A stretch of 64,000 bases of DNA from contig CM059431.1 in assembly GCA_030390025.1 (NCBI GenBank), positions 131,380,001 to 131,444,000 on the forward strand, read 5' to 3'. A program made the position numbers and the translations under genes. Below, in pieces: positions 13,761 through 26,190 of the stretch. Under the pieces are notes generated by a model. That model made no database searches and was not told the DNA's origin. It saw only the letters and a program-made list of their open reading frames with translations. This DNA is from Squalus acanthias. Taxonomy: Eukaryota. How positions within the stretch are numbered: position 1 is the first letter of the stretch; the number at the start of each line of letters is the position of its first letter.

Positions 13761-15283
13761 CAAGCAGCAACTGGTTTGTGCAGAAGCCTTGAAGTCAGCA
13801 AAAAGGCCTTAGCTCCTGCCACACCACTGTCTGTAGACTTTTGCAACTTAAAAAACTACAGAAAGCACCAAACACTTGTAAAATCGTAGCAACAGCCAGA
13901 AGAAATCAACAAGCAACTAACCTGTAAGTGGTTGATGATCCCTTTAAATAGCGCTGGTGGAGGCATCCTTCCTGCTGCTGAACGTGTGTTCAGCAGTGCG
14001 AGGTTAAGAGAGGGCGTTGGCGGGAGCGTTCTGCTCTAAAATGGCACCGCTGGCGTCAAATCAGCATTGCATGCTGATTGACATTATGATCTGCCAACTC
14101 TGCATACTTCCAGCGGATGCGCACTAACGCCCTCACCAATATGGCATCTGGCGCGATTCACCCCCACAGTTGTGCATGCGCACTGCGGACGACATTGTGG
14201 AACTCTGACGGCACTCGTAGCACCCAAAAAACTGGCGCTAACAATCTGTATTTTGCGTCCTGTGTATTTTTAGACCTGAGAAGACATAGTATATAACTAT
14301 TGAGAAAGTTTGATCATGATGTTGTCTATCAGTCACTTGTATGAGGAAACAAAACTCTTGAATTGAAAATATTATTAGGTTGAAATTCTGTTGTGCCCTT
14401 TTTTTTAAATCATACTGGTTAATGCATTTGTGTCAAATTCCTGTGTATGGTATTTCAACAAAGTTGCTTACCCACTTACAATAAATGGGTTAATAACTTG
14501 GTTAGAACAGTTCACACAGGAATTTGAAGTGAATGCACCAAGCAACATGCTAAAAATAGTGCAGAAGGAGTGCAACCTTTCAGTTCCTTAGATGTTAATT
14601 ATATCTGAGCTATGTACACTGAGTCAAATGAATGGGGAAAATTGCTAAAATGCAGGCAGAAGTGTGATCATCCTCAAGAAGGTTCAGTTCTATTAGTCAG
14701 AGGTAGTAACATCAATGCTCTGAATCCACCAAGTGATGGAATTTTGTACCCTTTTTGACTCAAGCTAGTGATAAATTCAATCTCCTGCTCCTCAATTGAG
14801 CACAGTCCAAGGCCACTCAGACCAGTGGAGTGAATAAACTGATCAAATAAAATCAACAGCAGCAGAAGAGTTTCTTGCACTTAAACCAAGTATCCACATT
14901 TCTGCCAAGAGCACGAGAGCTGCCCCAACTGCATCTCAAAATACTCCAACAATCTAAAACTTCAGAGAATGGTCTCAGTGTTTGTCTGATTACGCTCCTG
15001 TGAAGTGCTTTTCTATGTTAAAGATGTTATATAAATGCAAGTTGTTGTTGAGAATATAGCACTCAAGCTCTGCACATAATTGCTCCTTCTTGGAACAGTG
15101 TTTATTATGTGCTCTAATGTTCAAAAGCAGCTTTATCTGCCACTTGCTGAACCAAGTTTGCGGGAGCATTCATTTGCCAGAGAAAACTCTGACCCTGTTC
15201 TTGGCACCTCAGCAGAAATGTTCTAGGACTTTTGGTTCTCTTAGTAACCACCAGGGTTAATTTTTTTGAAACATCTATCCTTG

Positions 15284-16061
15284 CGGGGGCGGGGGGGGGG
15301 GGGGGAATTCGGTTGGTTGGGGCGCTAACGGGGCACTAGGAACTTAGCGCCCGAGCGCGGCGATTTTAGCGCCCGAGCGCGGCGAAATTGACCAGTCGTT
15401 TTGCAGCGGCGCTAAACACTACCGCCACGATCTCCTGCGCCCGCAGATCGTGACGTCAGTCGAGCATGCAATGCCCCGGTAGCACCCCGGACTGGATATT
15501 GAGTCGCGCCCCCTGCCTTAGCGCCTGCCGCTAGGAATGACAGGTAGAGGGGAACGTTTTCAAGTCGGGAAGGGGCTGGGGGAGTGCTATTTAAAGGCGG
15601 GTGCTTCCTACCTTTTCTTGTCGGCAAAAGTTTTGCTTTTAATGCTGTCCTAAGGAGTTTTGGCCCTCAGCGCCACTTTTGAGGTTCCTAAGTGCCGAGC
15701 TCTTTCCCTGGGCCTATCCATTAGTGCTTCCAATTCAATTGCCAAGATTCATGGCTGCAATGAGCAGGGTGTGGCTGGCCAGCAAGATAGCCCCTCCCCT
15801 TTAAGAACTGGACGCGTCAGTGTGCCTGGCTTCCATGGTAACTGGCATCGCCTGAGCTTCGGTAGCGTTCGGAGGTAGCGCCTCACTCCCTGACGTTTGC
15901 GCCTCAAGAGACGTGTGGAGCGCCTGATTTAGCTCTCAAATCACCTCCAGGGGCAATAGAGTCGAATTTTGCAGTCGGAGGCGATAATTAGCGCCGGGCG
16001 CTAAACTTTGCACCCGGCCGATATTAGCGCCCCAAAATGGGCGATACCCAATTTTTTCCCC
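15284..16061. mobile_element. GC-rich Harbinger-type MITE with AGCGCC repeats
   Basis: Poly-G+AATTC left end and AATTTTTTCCCC right end; flanking TTG/TTG; related to 22961-23647. Confidence 0.75.
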
Positions 16062-16138
16062 TTGGTCTTTTGCCACATGCAAAGAAAAATCTCAAATACA
16101 GCAACAATGTCCTTTTTAAATAACAGGATTAAGGTAAG

Positions 16139-16963
16139 GGACTGTGTTGGTTCTCTCAACACCTGCCGCAAACCCAGTCTGGCAGCTATATCCTTCAAGA
16201 CTCAGCCAGCTCGGTCAGTGGTGGTACTACTGAGCCACTCTTGATGATGGATTTTGAAGACCCCCACTCTGAGTACATTCTGTGCCCTTCTTACCTCAGT
16301 ACTTCCTCCAAGTGGTGTTCAACATGGAGAAGTACTGAATCATGAGCTGAGGGACAGTGGTAGGTGGTAATCAGCAGGAAGTTTCCTTGTCTGTGTTTGA
16401 CCTGAAGCCACCAGACTTCATTAGGTCCGGAGTCAATGGTGAAGACTCCCAGCCACTCCCACTCGACTATATACCACTGTGCCCCACCTGTGGTGGGACA
16501 GGGCATACCTAGGGATGGTGAACGTGCGGCTTGGGATGTTGAGTGATAGGTACGATACTGTGAGTATGATTAGGTCAACTTTAGAACCAGATGTTAGTGA
16601 GGAGGACTTTTATGGGTGAACTGGGCTCGGTGTGCCTTTGTCGTGCTCTGATTCAATGTCTTGGTTGTAGTTGAGTGCTCCACCTGGTTTATTAATCTCT
16701 GTAGCGGTTTGTTTCAATTGAATATCCTGCTGGTCAACCATATTATGTGGGACTGGAGTCACATATAGGCCAGACCATGTAAGGATGGCAGGTTTCCTTC
16801 TCTAAAGGACATTAGTGAACCATTTGGGTTGTTATGACAATCCTGCTCTTTATTCCAGATATTTTTAGAACTGAATTCAAACTGCCATGATGGGATTTGA
16901 ACTCACCTTATTAGTCCAGGCCTCTGGATTACTAGTCCTGTAATGTAACCACTACTCTACCAT
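16139..16963 (-). mobile_element. 5' part of a LINE: tRNA-like head followed by a decayed APE endonuclease
   Basis: Minus strand: A-box-like TAGAGTAGTGG (~16959-16949) and B-box GTTCAAATC (~16903-16895), then KVLLTNIW, DLIILTVSYL, FTIPRY, LLITTYHCPS and LKDIAARLGLRQVLREPT. Confidence 0.78.
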
Positions 16964-17072
16964 TCCTGGTACCGTACCCAGATTGCCATGATATTAGATG
17001 GTAGGAATGCTTTATTCAAAACCATCTTTGAGTGTTAGTGTAGGCTGGGGAAGAGAATATTTTATTGACTGA

Positions 17073-17618
17073 TGTAGGAACAGGAGTAGGCCATTTAGCC
17101 TCTTGAGCCTGTTCCACAATTCAGTTAGATCACGGCTGATCTGTATCTTAACTCCATCTACCTGCCTTGGTTTCATATCCCTTAATACCCTTGCATAACA
17201 AAAATCTATCAATCACAGTTTTTCAGTTGACCTAGCCTCAACAGCTTTTTGGGGGAGAGAGTTCCAGATTTCCACTACCCTTTGTGTGAAGAAGTGCTTC
17301 CTGCCATCACCCCTGAACAGCCGAGCTCTAATTTTAAGGTTATGTCCTCTTGTTCTGGACTCTCCCACCAGAGGAAATAGTTTCTCCCTACATACCTTAT
17401 CTATTCCTTTAATCATCTTAAACACCTCAATTAGATTAATCTTCTATACCTAAGGGAATATAAACCTAGTCTATGCAACCTATCCTCATAATTTTACCCT
17501 TTTAGCCCTGGTATTATTCTGATGAATCTGCACTGCACCCCCTCCAAGGCCATTATATCCTTCCTGAGCTACAGTGCCCAGAACTGAATGTAGTACACCA
17601 GATGGGGTCTAACCAGAA
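17073..17618 (-). mobile_element. CR1 LINE 3' fragment
   Basis: FKMIKGIDKV..KHFFTQRVVEIWNSLP and CR1 3' UTR. Confidence 0.9.
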
Positions 17619-18059
17619 GTGTTCATATTCAAAGATCTTCTTAATATGTTAAAAAAAAATCTGCATTTTTTTTGTGTTTCTTTTGCATTGTTTGATCAGG
17701 CATTTCTCTTACCATTACATATAAGAATTTCTTATGGTATTTTATTTCAAATTGTAAATTAAAACAAAATACAGCCATCAATGTAGCAGACAGTGGGTTT
17801 TTAGCTTGGCAGTGCCCATTACAACTTGCTTCAGTTCTGTATTGTAAGGCTCAGCCACACTGGAAATGAAACTATTCTCCCTTTTTTTGTCTTTGTTGAC
17901 GGTATCAAGTGCTGTGTCAGGTAAGGCACTGAAAGCACAATGTGCATCGGCAGGCCATCAAATAAAGGACAATTTTATGCTACAGACCATAGCCCACTGG
18001 GGGACCAGACTGTTCCAGTCACTAAACAAATGCTAAATCAGACACCTGCAAGAATAGAC

Positions 18060-18920
18060 ACAATTTTCGTGGAGCGGTTTATGTGGGCTCCGCGCACCAC
18101 TTCCACTGAAGGTGTGAAGTGGACTGGCTGACACACAGCAGCAGGAATTAGGATGGCTCAGGGACCAAGTGAGAGGGTGCACAGGTTCTCAGACAAGACA
18201 CTGGAGATCCTGGTGGAGAAGGTCCAGAGGAGGAGGAGGGATGTCTGTACCCGCAGGGGGTAAGACGTCCACCTTGCCCTCACGTCCCTCTCTCCTGCAG
18301 CAGCTGGTGCTGCTCTGCCTGACCTTATGTCCTCCTCCCATTCCTGCTGCACACCAAGGGGGACCCCTAGCAAGATGCCCATGACCAAGCACTCCCTTTC
18401 TCCTGGTGACTCCTATAAAGTGTCCAATAAGGTAGAGTAGCACAGCACTCACTCTTTTTAGGTGAAGTCCTCAGAGAGTTTCTGGAATAAATGTTGATAG
18501 TGTTGGTGAAGCCTTGACAAAGTGTCCCTGAAAGTCTCCCGATGTCTTTCAAAAGTCCTCTTCAAACCTCCAGCAGCAGTTGGAGTAAACAGTAAAAGGT
18601 GATATACTTTTAAGTAGCGCTCAAAATCCTCTGCAACGACTAGTTTACTCCCAGTCAACTGGTCGCTGTTGGAGAGGGCGTTAGGTCAAGCGTTAGCCAC
18701 CAAAATGCCGTGCAGCCTCATTAATGAGCGCCAGCAGGCAATTTAAGTGGCAATCAGCTGCTTAATGATCCTCCGGGTGGCTGTTCCTAGCGTAAGCTTC
18801 AACGCCTTTACCAAGATGGCGTCTTGCACTAAATGTGGGCTAAGCCGGCGTTTCAGCTTAAGACCCCATATTCACCACCTCGGCGACTCTTTAGTGCCTA
18901 AGGTATCTGGGGAAAATCTG
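18060..18920. mobile_element. Internally deleted Harbinger related to 6498-14260
   Basis: + strand Myb N-terminus MAQGPSERVHRFSDKTLEILVEKVQRRRRDV from ~18153, joined to - strand transposase N-terminus (MGILLGVPLGVQQEWEE); 18600-18900 resembles 13920-14240. Confidence 0.72.
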
Positions 18921-20802
18921 TTAGTTAGCAGCTGTCTGTGAAAAGTGATCTTTTCAGACATCCTACTACAGTAGATCTGAACCCACATTGGCAGAGATGG
19001 CATTGAGTGACTGAGATGGCATTGAATTTCTGGATATCAATAACTCAAAGCAACCCAGTATTCTTTGACTATGTAGGAAAAGTATCCAAAGCTTCAAATA
19101 TCTGGTTTAAAATGGTGGACTATGTGATGTGCAGTTGGTTATTGAAAACTATCTTGCTGATTAATGAACAATAACCTGTGCATCTGTTGTGGACTTAACA
19201 GCCAGATACTGTTTGCCTGATTTGAAAATTGTGGTGTACTAAAATCTGTATAAATATTTAACATTTTAATCATTACCACCGTGTTATTGTTTTTAATTAA
19301 ATATGTACTCAGAGGTTACATGGTGGAGGCCATTGGCATTATCTGTTATTTTTGAAGTTGGGTATGCAAATCTGTTAAATAAGTATAGAGTGGGCATCTT
19401 ACTATTTATAACCTATAGGCTGGGGGGAAAAGGTGAGATACTATAAATAACAGGCAAGCTAGCAGATTCGTGTCATGTGGTGGTCAGTGACAGCATCCTG
19501 AGAAAGGAATAGTATACAAAAGGTTTGAATCTGTAGTGAAATCTTACATTACAAGCTCGCAGAGAAAATAAATAGTAATGTGAAAGTCATATCAGTGAGA
19601 TTTATCTTGTAGAATGAGCAGTGCAGCCCATGGTTTAATTTTCTTTTCATTGCTGAGCACGATGCCGAGTTCACAACTGCTGTGACACAATGATGAAAGG
19701 TTCGGAGGTTGAGCGGAGTGATGCATCTATTGTAGTTCTCGGAACTTTCCTTTAGGCCTGCTTGTAATCTGATGAGGTGTAAAAGTTCAACAGTACCCAG
19801 GAATCCTTTTAAAAGCTGCAGGTCCCGGTGTGATGTGTTTCCTTAAGAATGGCTACCTGTGCCCCAGGGAACTTTGTATTACATCCACATTGTACCTTTT
19901 TTTTGGGTGGGACGACATAGGAGACTAATTTGTTTAACAATCTCAGTACCCATTCTATGTCTAGTTCAACACACAATGTCTTGAGCTTTCACTATTTTAT
20001 TCTGCAGGTTATTTTTTAACTTTAAATACGTCATGTAAAATCTGAAGCAGGTTTCTGAATCCTAAGCAATTTGTGGGCCACTTTTTCTTTCATATCTCAC
20101 ATAAACAGACTGAAGGCAACCCTGATTGAATGTTTCGACAAAATGAAATTTTATTACTGTTCTTCTGCCCCCTTGCCTGGTGGTTTGTTGCTTAGAGACA
20201 GGATAATGATTTCCCTGCTTGCAGTTGTTCTCAAAGTATGACAGAAACAATCAGGAATTTTATTTTGCGCCTCCTGACAAATCTGAAGCAAAAAAATAAT
20301 GACAAAACTGAATTACTATTCATTTTGAAACATTTTATTTCACAGGGCACCTAGCTGGAGCTCTTTGGAGTATCACAGCTTCACCATTAAATACCTACCA
20401 TGTAGTCGACCTGTTGAATGCTATTTCTCATGCCAACTGCACTCATTTTTTTGCAAGTGGCTGTGGCTTGATGACTGATTGGAATAATCCCAGGGTCAAA
20501 GATCTAAGGTCAGCTGCATGAATACACCAACCTTGTGTTTACAGATTTCGATATCCACTGCAGAAGATTAAAAATCTTCACAATGAGAGACAACACTGCT
20601 GCCTTTCTGCCTAAAGCTAACCTTCTTAGTGTTTACCTATCTGTGGGGAAACTGGGATTGGCGAAAGCTGCAGAGCACTGCAAGCTTACAATGTGTATAC
20701 TTTAAAAGGATGTATAAAAATCACCATCCTGGATTTAAATTAAAAATTCTACTTCTTGTTTAATATTGAACTAACTTGGGGATGAGTTTGAGTGATAAAT
20801 GT

Positions 20803-21305
20803 CATAGAACATAAGAACATAAGAAATAGGAGCAGGAGTAGGCCAATTGGCCCCTCGAGCCTGCTCCGCCATTCAATAAGATCATGGCTGATCTGATCCT
20901 AACCGCCAATCTACTATCACAGAACCATCTCCTGAACCTAACAGAATTGGACACACGAAATAGGAGCAGGATCAGGCTACACGGCCCCTGGGCCCGCCCC
21001 GCTACCCACAGGGCCATGACCGATCCGAACCTAGACTCATGTCCAAATTCCTGCCCGCTCCCCGTAACCCTTAATTCCCTTTACTTCTAGGAAACTGTCT
21101 ATTTCTGTTTTAAATTTATGTAATGATGTAGCTTCTACAGCTTTTGGGGGCAGCATATTCCATGGACCTACCACCCTCTGAGTGAAGTAGTTCCTTCTCA
21201 TCTCAGTTTTGAAAGAGCAGCCCCTTATTCTAAGACTATGCCCCCTAGTTCTAGTTTCACCCATCATCGGGAACATCCTCCCCGTATCCACCCGATCCAA
21301 CCCCA
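20803..21305 (-). mobile_element. CR1 LINE 3' fragment with a duplicated 3' UTR module
   Basis: RMFPMMGETRTRGHSLR..YFTQRVVGPWNMLP; CATAAGAA tail repeats at the left end. Confidence 0.9.
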
Positions 21306-21580
21306 AATAGTGAGCCTAGTACATTGGTATGGCACCAGTTACTGTCTAGGGTATAAGGTCATGATGTAGGAAAATAAGAATAAATCAAAAATGGCAACCA
21401 CATTGGTGTCCCAGTAGTGAATTTTTGGAATTTTGTTTTAATTTTTGTTGAAATCACATAATCAGCAGTTCTACCATCAAAAATTAAGGAATATAAAGAA
21501 GTGCCTTTAATTTGTGATTGATTAAAACTGAATGAAATTTAGAGGTGTTGCAGCTAAGCTGTTAAGATGAGTATTCTATT

Positions 21581-22346
21581 GGCCCAGATTTGGTGGTCAC
21601 CATCGAAGTGACGGCGCTCGCCATTGATCTCGAAGAAAGCTGCCCACAAAGATCTAGTGATCTCTGTGGCGTGGATTTCACCTTTCCCAATGTTAATTTG
21701 ATTCTGGTGCCAACTCAAGGGGATCTCCGGCGTCCAGCAAAAGTAATGCCATCAAGCAGGCTAGGCAGCCAGTCACATTGAAGAATTCTCTCAGACGGCA
21801 AACCAGGAAGTAAAATGCACTGATTATCTTTCATTCTTTAATCATTTTACAGAGAGCGAATTAAAGATTGGAACATACACATGGGATTAAGGTAGAAGAT
21901 GAAATATCATAAACAAACTTAAAAAAAATATATTTTATTAAAAACCTATGGATTTTTTATCATAATGGAGATATTTGACATTCTACAAATATAAAATTAG
22001 TTTTTCAGGGCCGGAGAGGTTATTCAGCAGTAATTATGACTTGGTACACCATTAAAAACCCAGTTACACCTTATTCAACAAGGCTTAACTTTTTCAGGAG
22101 TTTTTACAGTGAGATTACAGCGTAAAATGTGGAAGTTCACGTCAGTTCATTTGATTTCTAAAGATTGCCGTCTACAGGGACTGCAACAGCGCACCCTGTG
22201 GAGGAGAAGGGAATCACTGACAGCAACTTCTGGATTTCCGTGTTTAAATGCGCATGTGCAGGTGCTAGAAGTTGCTGTCAGTTTCACAGAGTAATGATGG
22301 CGAACGCTGACAGTTTTACCATCATTACAATGGCAAAATCCAGCCC
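21581..22346. mobile_element. Harbinger-type MITE (AT-rich core family)
   Basis: Ends GGCCCAGATTT / AAAATCCAGCCC; TSD ATT (21578-21580, 22347-22349); collinear with 25430-26190. Confidence 0.82.
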
Positions 22347-22699
22347 ATTGAGTTTTCAATATGATTTCATCATCATCATCGTCGGTTGACTATTGTCAGA
22401 GCTCCAGTGACTGTCCTCCACACCTCTTTATAAAGCATGAAGGGAATTTTTCTATGGGAATTTCTGTATCTCATATAAGTTGAGCATTGTACTTAATTCT
22501 AGGCCAACCTCTCTCTTTATTTCCTGGAATAGGATATAATCAGCCTTAAAACTTGAGATTGAAAAGTAGGGATTTTCGTACCCTTTTTTCTCTACTTGTT
22601 CAACATTCACAGCATGGTCACTTTAACATATATTAGAGCCTACATTTATAACAGTTTCATGAAATTCAGTCTAAAATATTATTTATTCTATCTACTCCC

Positions 22700-23830
22700 A
22701 TTGTCACAATCACAGACAAGGCCATATCTGATCATTTCCTTATATTCCTCATCAGTCACATCCCCCTTCCAACCCCACTTGCTTCTGCGTTTGTCCCTGG
22801 AAAAACCTCTACCCCGCCTAAGTCACTTACAATTGCACTTTCAAATTTCCAGCTGTCCAGCCTTTGGCTCTGTGTTCACCATGATACTTCTGCATCTGCC
22901 AATCTGCTCACTACTCTCTCATCTCCGCCTCTGATGCCCTTGTCCCCAGTAAATCCCTTAGGGGGGAAAATTCAGTTGGTTTGCATCTCCCGTTAGCGCC
23001 TTAAGAGGGTGCTAATGGGGCTCAAAGCAACTAGCGCCCGGGTGTGGCGCCACCCGCGAAATTCAGCGGGAGGTTAGTGGCGGCGCTATTCGGTAGCGCC
23101 CCTTGACTTACCGCCGGACGCTATGTCTGACGGGGTCAGGGGGGCCTACCTGTGGCCGGGGCGATGCTAGTTAAAGGGGAGGTGGCGGGCGGCCATTTTT
23201 GTTGCTGGCCGCCTGCCAGCACCTGCCCTCGTTGCTGTCCCCGGCCCCCGTGAAGCCCCCTCCCCCCACCGCGAAGTGCCGGCTGCGCTCCAAGAGCCCG
23301 GCACTTCTCTTGAGTGCCGGGCTCTTTTGCTGGCACTCCCGATCCCCGGGGGCCCAGCTGGGCCCCGGTTCGCGCTGTGCAAGGCCCCTCCCCTTTAAGA
23401 AGGGGAGGAAGGCCTGCAATACCGCGGTGCGACGTGCCGCAGCGCTTGGCGCTGCAGCACGTAACGCCACGATATTGACTCGCAGCGCCCCAAGAGGGAT
23501 GCGGCGCGCTTCCAGTACTGCCCCGCTTCCCTCTTGGTGCACAACCACTCAATTTGCGGCGCGGGGGCGCTACTTTTCATGGGGCGCTAAAAGTAGCGCC
23601 CCGGCGAAGTTAGCACCCCAAAGGGGGCGCGACTCAATTTTTCCCCCTTACTCTCTCCCACTCTGATTATTCCACCCGGTACAGCTCGCCACTAGTTCTA
23701 TCCCCTCCCAGGACATGGTCTTAGGCTAAACAAGACTGTTTGCAACCTCGCCATCCTATTTGACTCGGTGTCTAATTACACTTGTTGTTTTCCGACATTA
23801 AAAGTACTGTATAAATGCACGGTGTTGCTT
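22700..23830 (+). mobile_element. Old L2-like remnant split by a MITE
   Basis: Pyrimidine-rich L2-like sequence on both sides of 22961-23647 (AGGCTAAACAAGACTGTTTGCAACCTCG) and tail ATAAATGCACGGTGTTG. Confidence 0.5.
22961..23647. mobile_element. Young GC/CpG-rich Harbinger MITE
   Basis: TIR GGGGGGAAAATT / AATTTTTCCCCC; TSD TTA (22958-22960, 23648-23650); inverted close copy at 33987-34693. Confidence 0.9.
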
Positions 23831-25429
23831 TTGCCTATCTGTGTCAGCACTGTTGCAAAGAGCAATCTGGAGCTCTACAGCAATATAAATCTGTTTCATT
23901 TAGTAATGTGAAGCCAAGTTTTGTGCAGTGCCACAACTATTTTAAATGTAAACCTCCTTTTGTTGAACTTTCATGTCGTCACTGATGTATTGCTGTGGTA
24001 GTACTAGAAGAATGACCACACACACACTCTGGCAGGAGTTAAAGTGATGGTCCAATGCCCACTCAACTCCTCAGATGCATAGTAGATACTCTTTTAAATA
24101 CCATGGAGGCTTTTTGGAATCCAAGCCCACTTGGTGACGAGAACTGATATTTAATTCTTTTTTAAATATTATGAAATGGAAAGTGCAGTGTCCCTGCTTT
24201 GTTGTCTCTGAAGGGCCATTCCTCTGTTGGCATGACTGGGCTAAGGCTGATATGCTGCCAAAAATGTTTGGAATTACAATAATGTTTTCAATGCCATGTT
24301 ATTGGTATCAGCTTGTTTCCAACGCCTTAGTAGCGGTGTTGTATAGAAACTAAACAGGAAGGGGGAAGAGAGAGGACATTCTGTTTGGTTTCTGCACCAT
24401 GAAAATAGCCACGTGCTCTGGCATGAACACTGCTGAATACCACTGCATGTATAAGTGTTGGCTTTCACCTTTGTGTAAAAAGCCTTAAATGTATTCTACT
24501 TCAATCAACTACAAATTTAAGGTAGTAGTTTTATTGCAGAAGAACTATTTTTTAAAAATAACAACTGATTTTCTTTCCAAAGTATTTCTACTAAATTTGT
24601 AATTTTTATTACTACAGTTTTTACCAATTGAAGGGTGGGACTTCCTACAAACAACATTTAAAGCATTTTGAATGTGATCCACACTGGTGATAATGGAGAG
24701 CTGCAGTGCCATTTTCCATTCGTTAGTGGTCATAATGTTGGGCTACTGACTTTTTTTTTACACCTTTTAGAAATGTAAAGAAAAGCTGGTGTGTAGGCAG
24801 AATTGCCATGCACAGGTCCCTGATTCTTTCATTGTCAGTTGAAGAAGATGCTGCTACAATGCACAAGGGCCACTTGGTGGAGATTAATATTGAAAGAAAA
24901 ATAATTTTGTTACCTGGAGAGAAATTTTTTTTGTGAAGAAGCGGATGCCATCCAGCCAAAGGAAAATTGTTCATATCATCTTTGGCTTATGAAAAATAAG
25001 CCGTTCTATTTGGTTTCTGATCTAATTGTTCATTTTAGATCCATTATTAATGCAGTTTGAATCAATTCACGAGTTTTGGTTGGATTTGTGAAGACAAGTT
25101 CTCAGGAAAGAAAACTGTAGACAGAAAGATCCATTATTAAATAATCATACTAATGTAACTAGAATTTAAGTAGCAGCTTGAAAGCGCACTGCTTAGAGTG
25201 CCAGCACCAGCTGTTTGAATGTTTTTGCAGTTGCAGGGATAAAGTCAACATTGACCTTAAAAGAAAAAATATGCAATTTGTCATAAACAAATGGTAGTTT
25301 AATCAGCTACCAAATCGATCTATCATCTGATGAAGTACTTACTGTTATCATGCACCACTAAAGGAACTAACAAGTATTCCCCCACAAGTCGGATCAATAG
25401 CTTCACCTTAGTTGAGAGTGGGAGTCATA

Positions 25430-26190
25430 GGCCCGGTATTTACGGGCAGTGGCGAACGAATGGCGCTCGCCATTCATTACATTTGCCCACAGACTTTCTG
25501 TGGGCTTTTGCAATGCAATTTGCGGTAATTAGAGAGCTGAAACAGTGCGGCGCCCTCTACAGGGAATCTGGGGCCTGTGCAAACAGGGAAAGCAACTGTG
25601 TATCTCCTTAACCAATCAAAATGAAGAATCATTAATAAGCAGCAGAGAGTATGAACCAGGAAGTGTAAATTAGAATATTTAATTCAAGGTCAAATTATAT
25701 ACAGAAAGTGAAATAAAAAGAGGGAAAGAAAGATGGGATTAAGAGAGAGCGATAAAGAAAAAGTTAAAAAAAATATTAAATTTTTTATAATCTCCAACAA
25801 TAATGAACTTCTGAAGGAATGAAATGCCACACTTGTAAAAGTTCATTTTCATGGCCAGAGAGGTTGTTTGACAGTAATTAAGACTTATCACGCTGTTAAA
25901 AATTCACTTACACCTGAATGCACCAGCCCTAACTTTTTTTGGCGTGTTTAGTGGGTATCTACTGGGTAAGTACTGCACCTTCACGCCCTTCATGTATGTG
26001 AATGCTGAGTTTCTCGGCGAGGTACCGGTATAGCACAGCTTCTAGAGGAACAGGGTAACTCGCACAGCAACTTCCTGATTTCCGCATTTACTTGCGCATG
26101 TGCGGACACTGGAAGTTGCTCTCCGATTCACTCCTTAATAACGGTGAGCGCTGAGAGTCTCACCGTTATTCTTACTGCATAATCCAGGCT
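25430..26190. mobile_element. Harbinger-type MITE (same family as 21581-22346)
   Basis: Ends GGCCCGGTATTT / ATAATCCAGGCT; flanks ATA/ATT; shared motifs AACCAGGAAGT and CAGCAACTTC..GCGCATGTGC..GAAGTTGCT. Confidence 0.8.

Larger units (their letters stand above)
6498..14260. mobile_element. Full-length decayed PIF/Harbinger DNA transposon (Myb/SANT gene on +, transposase on -, convergent) with nested LINEs
   Basis: Imperfect TIRs GGCGGCTAAATTCA / TGTATTTTGCGTCC; TSD TGT (6495-6497, 14261-14263); both Harbinger genes lie inside. Confidence 0.88.

Noticed and set aside
16880..16963. Functional tRNA gene (also the head at 32730-32770)
   Set aside because: Only degenerate A/B boxes, no complete cloverleaf, and attached to retroelement bodies.
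19769..19810. CTGATGA as another hammerhead
   Set aside because: No stem II followed by GAAA.
23136..23666. Overlapping 125-155 aa ORFs (also 34021-34566)
   Set aside because: GC-rich MITE sequence is poor in stop codons; no domain was recognised and frames differ between the two copies.
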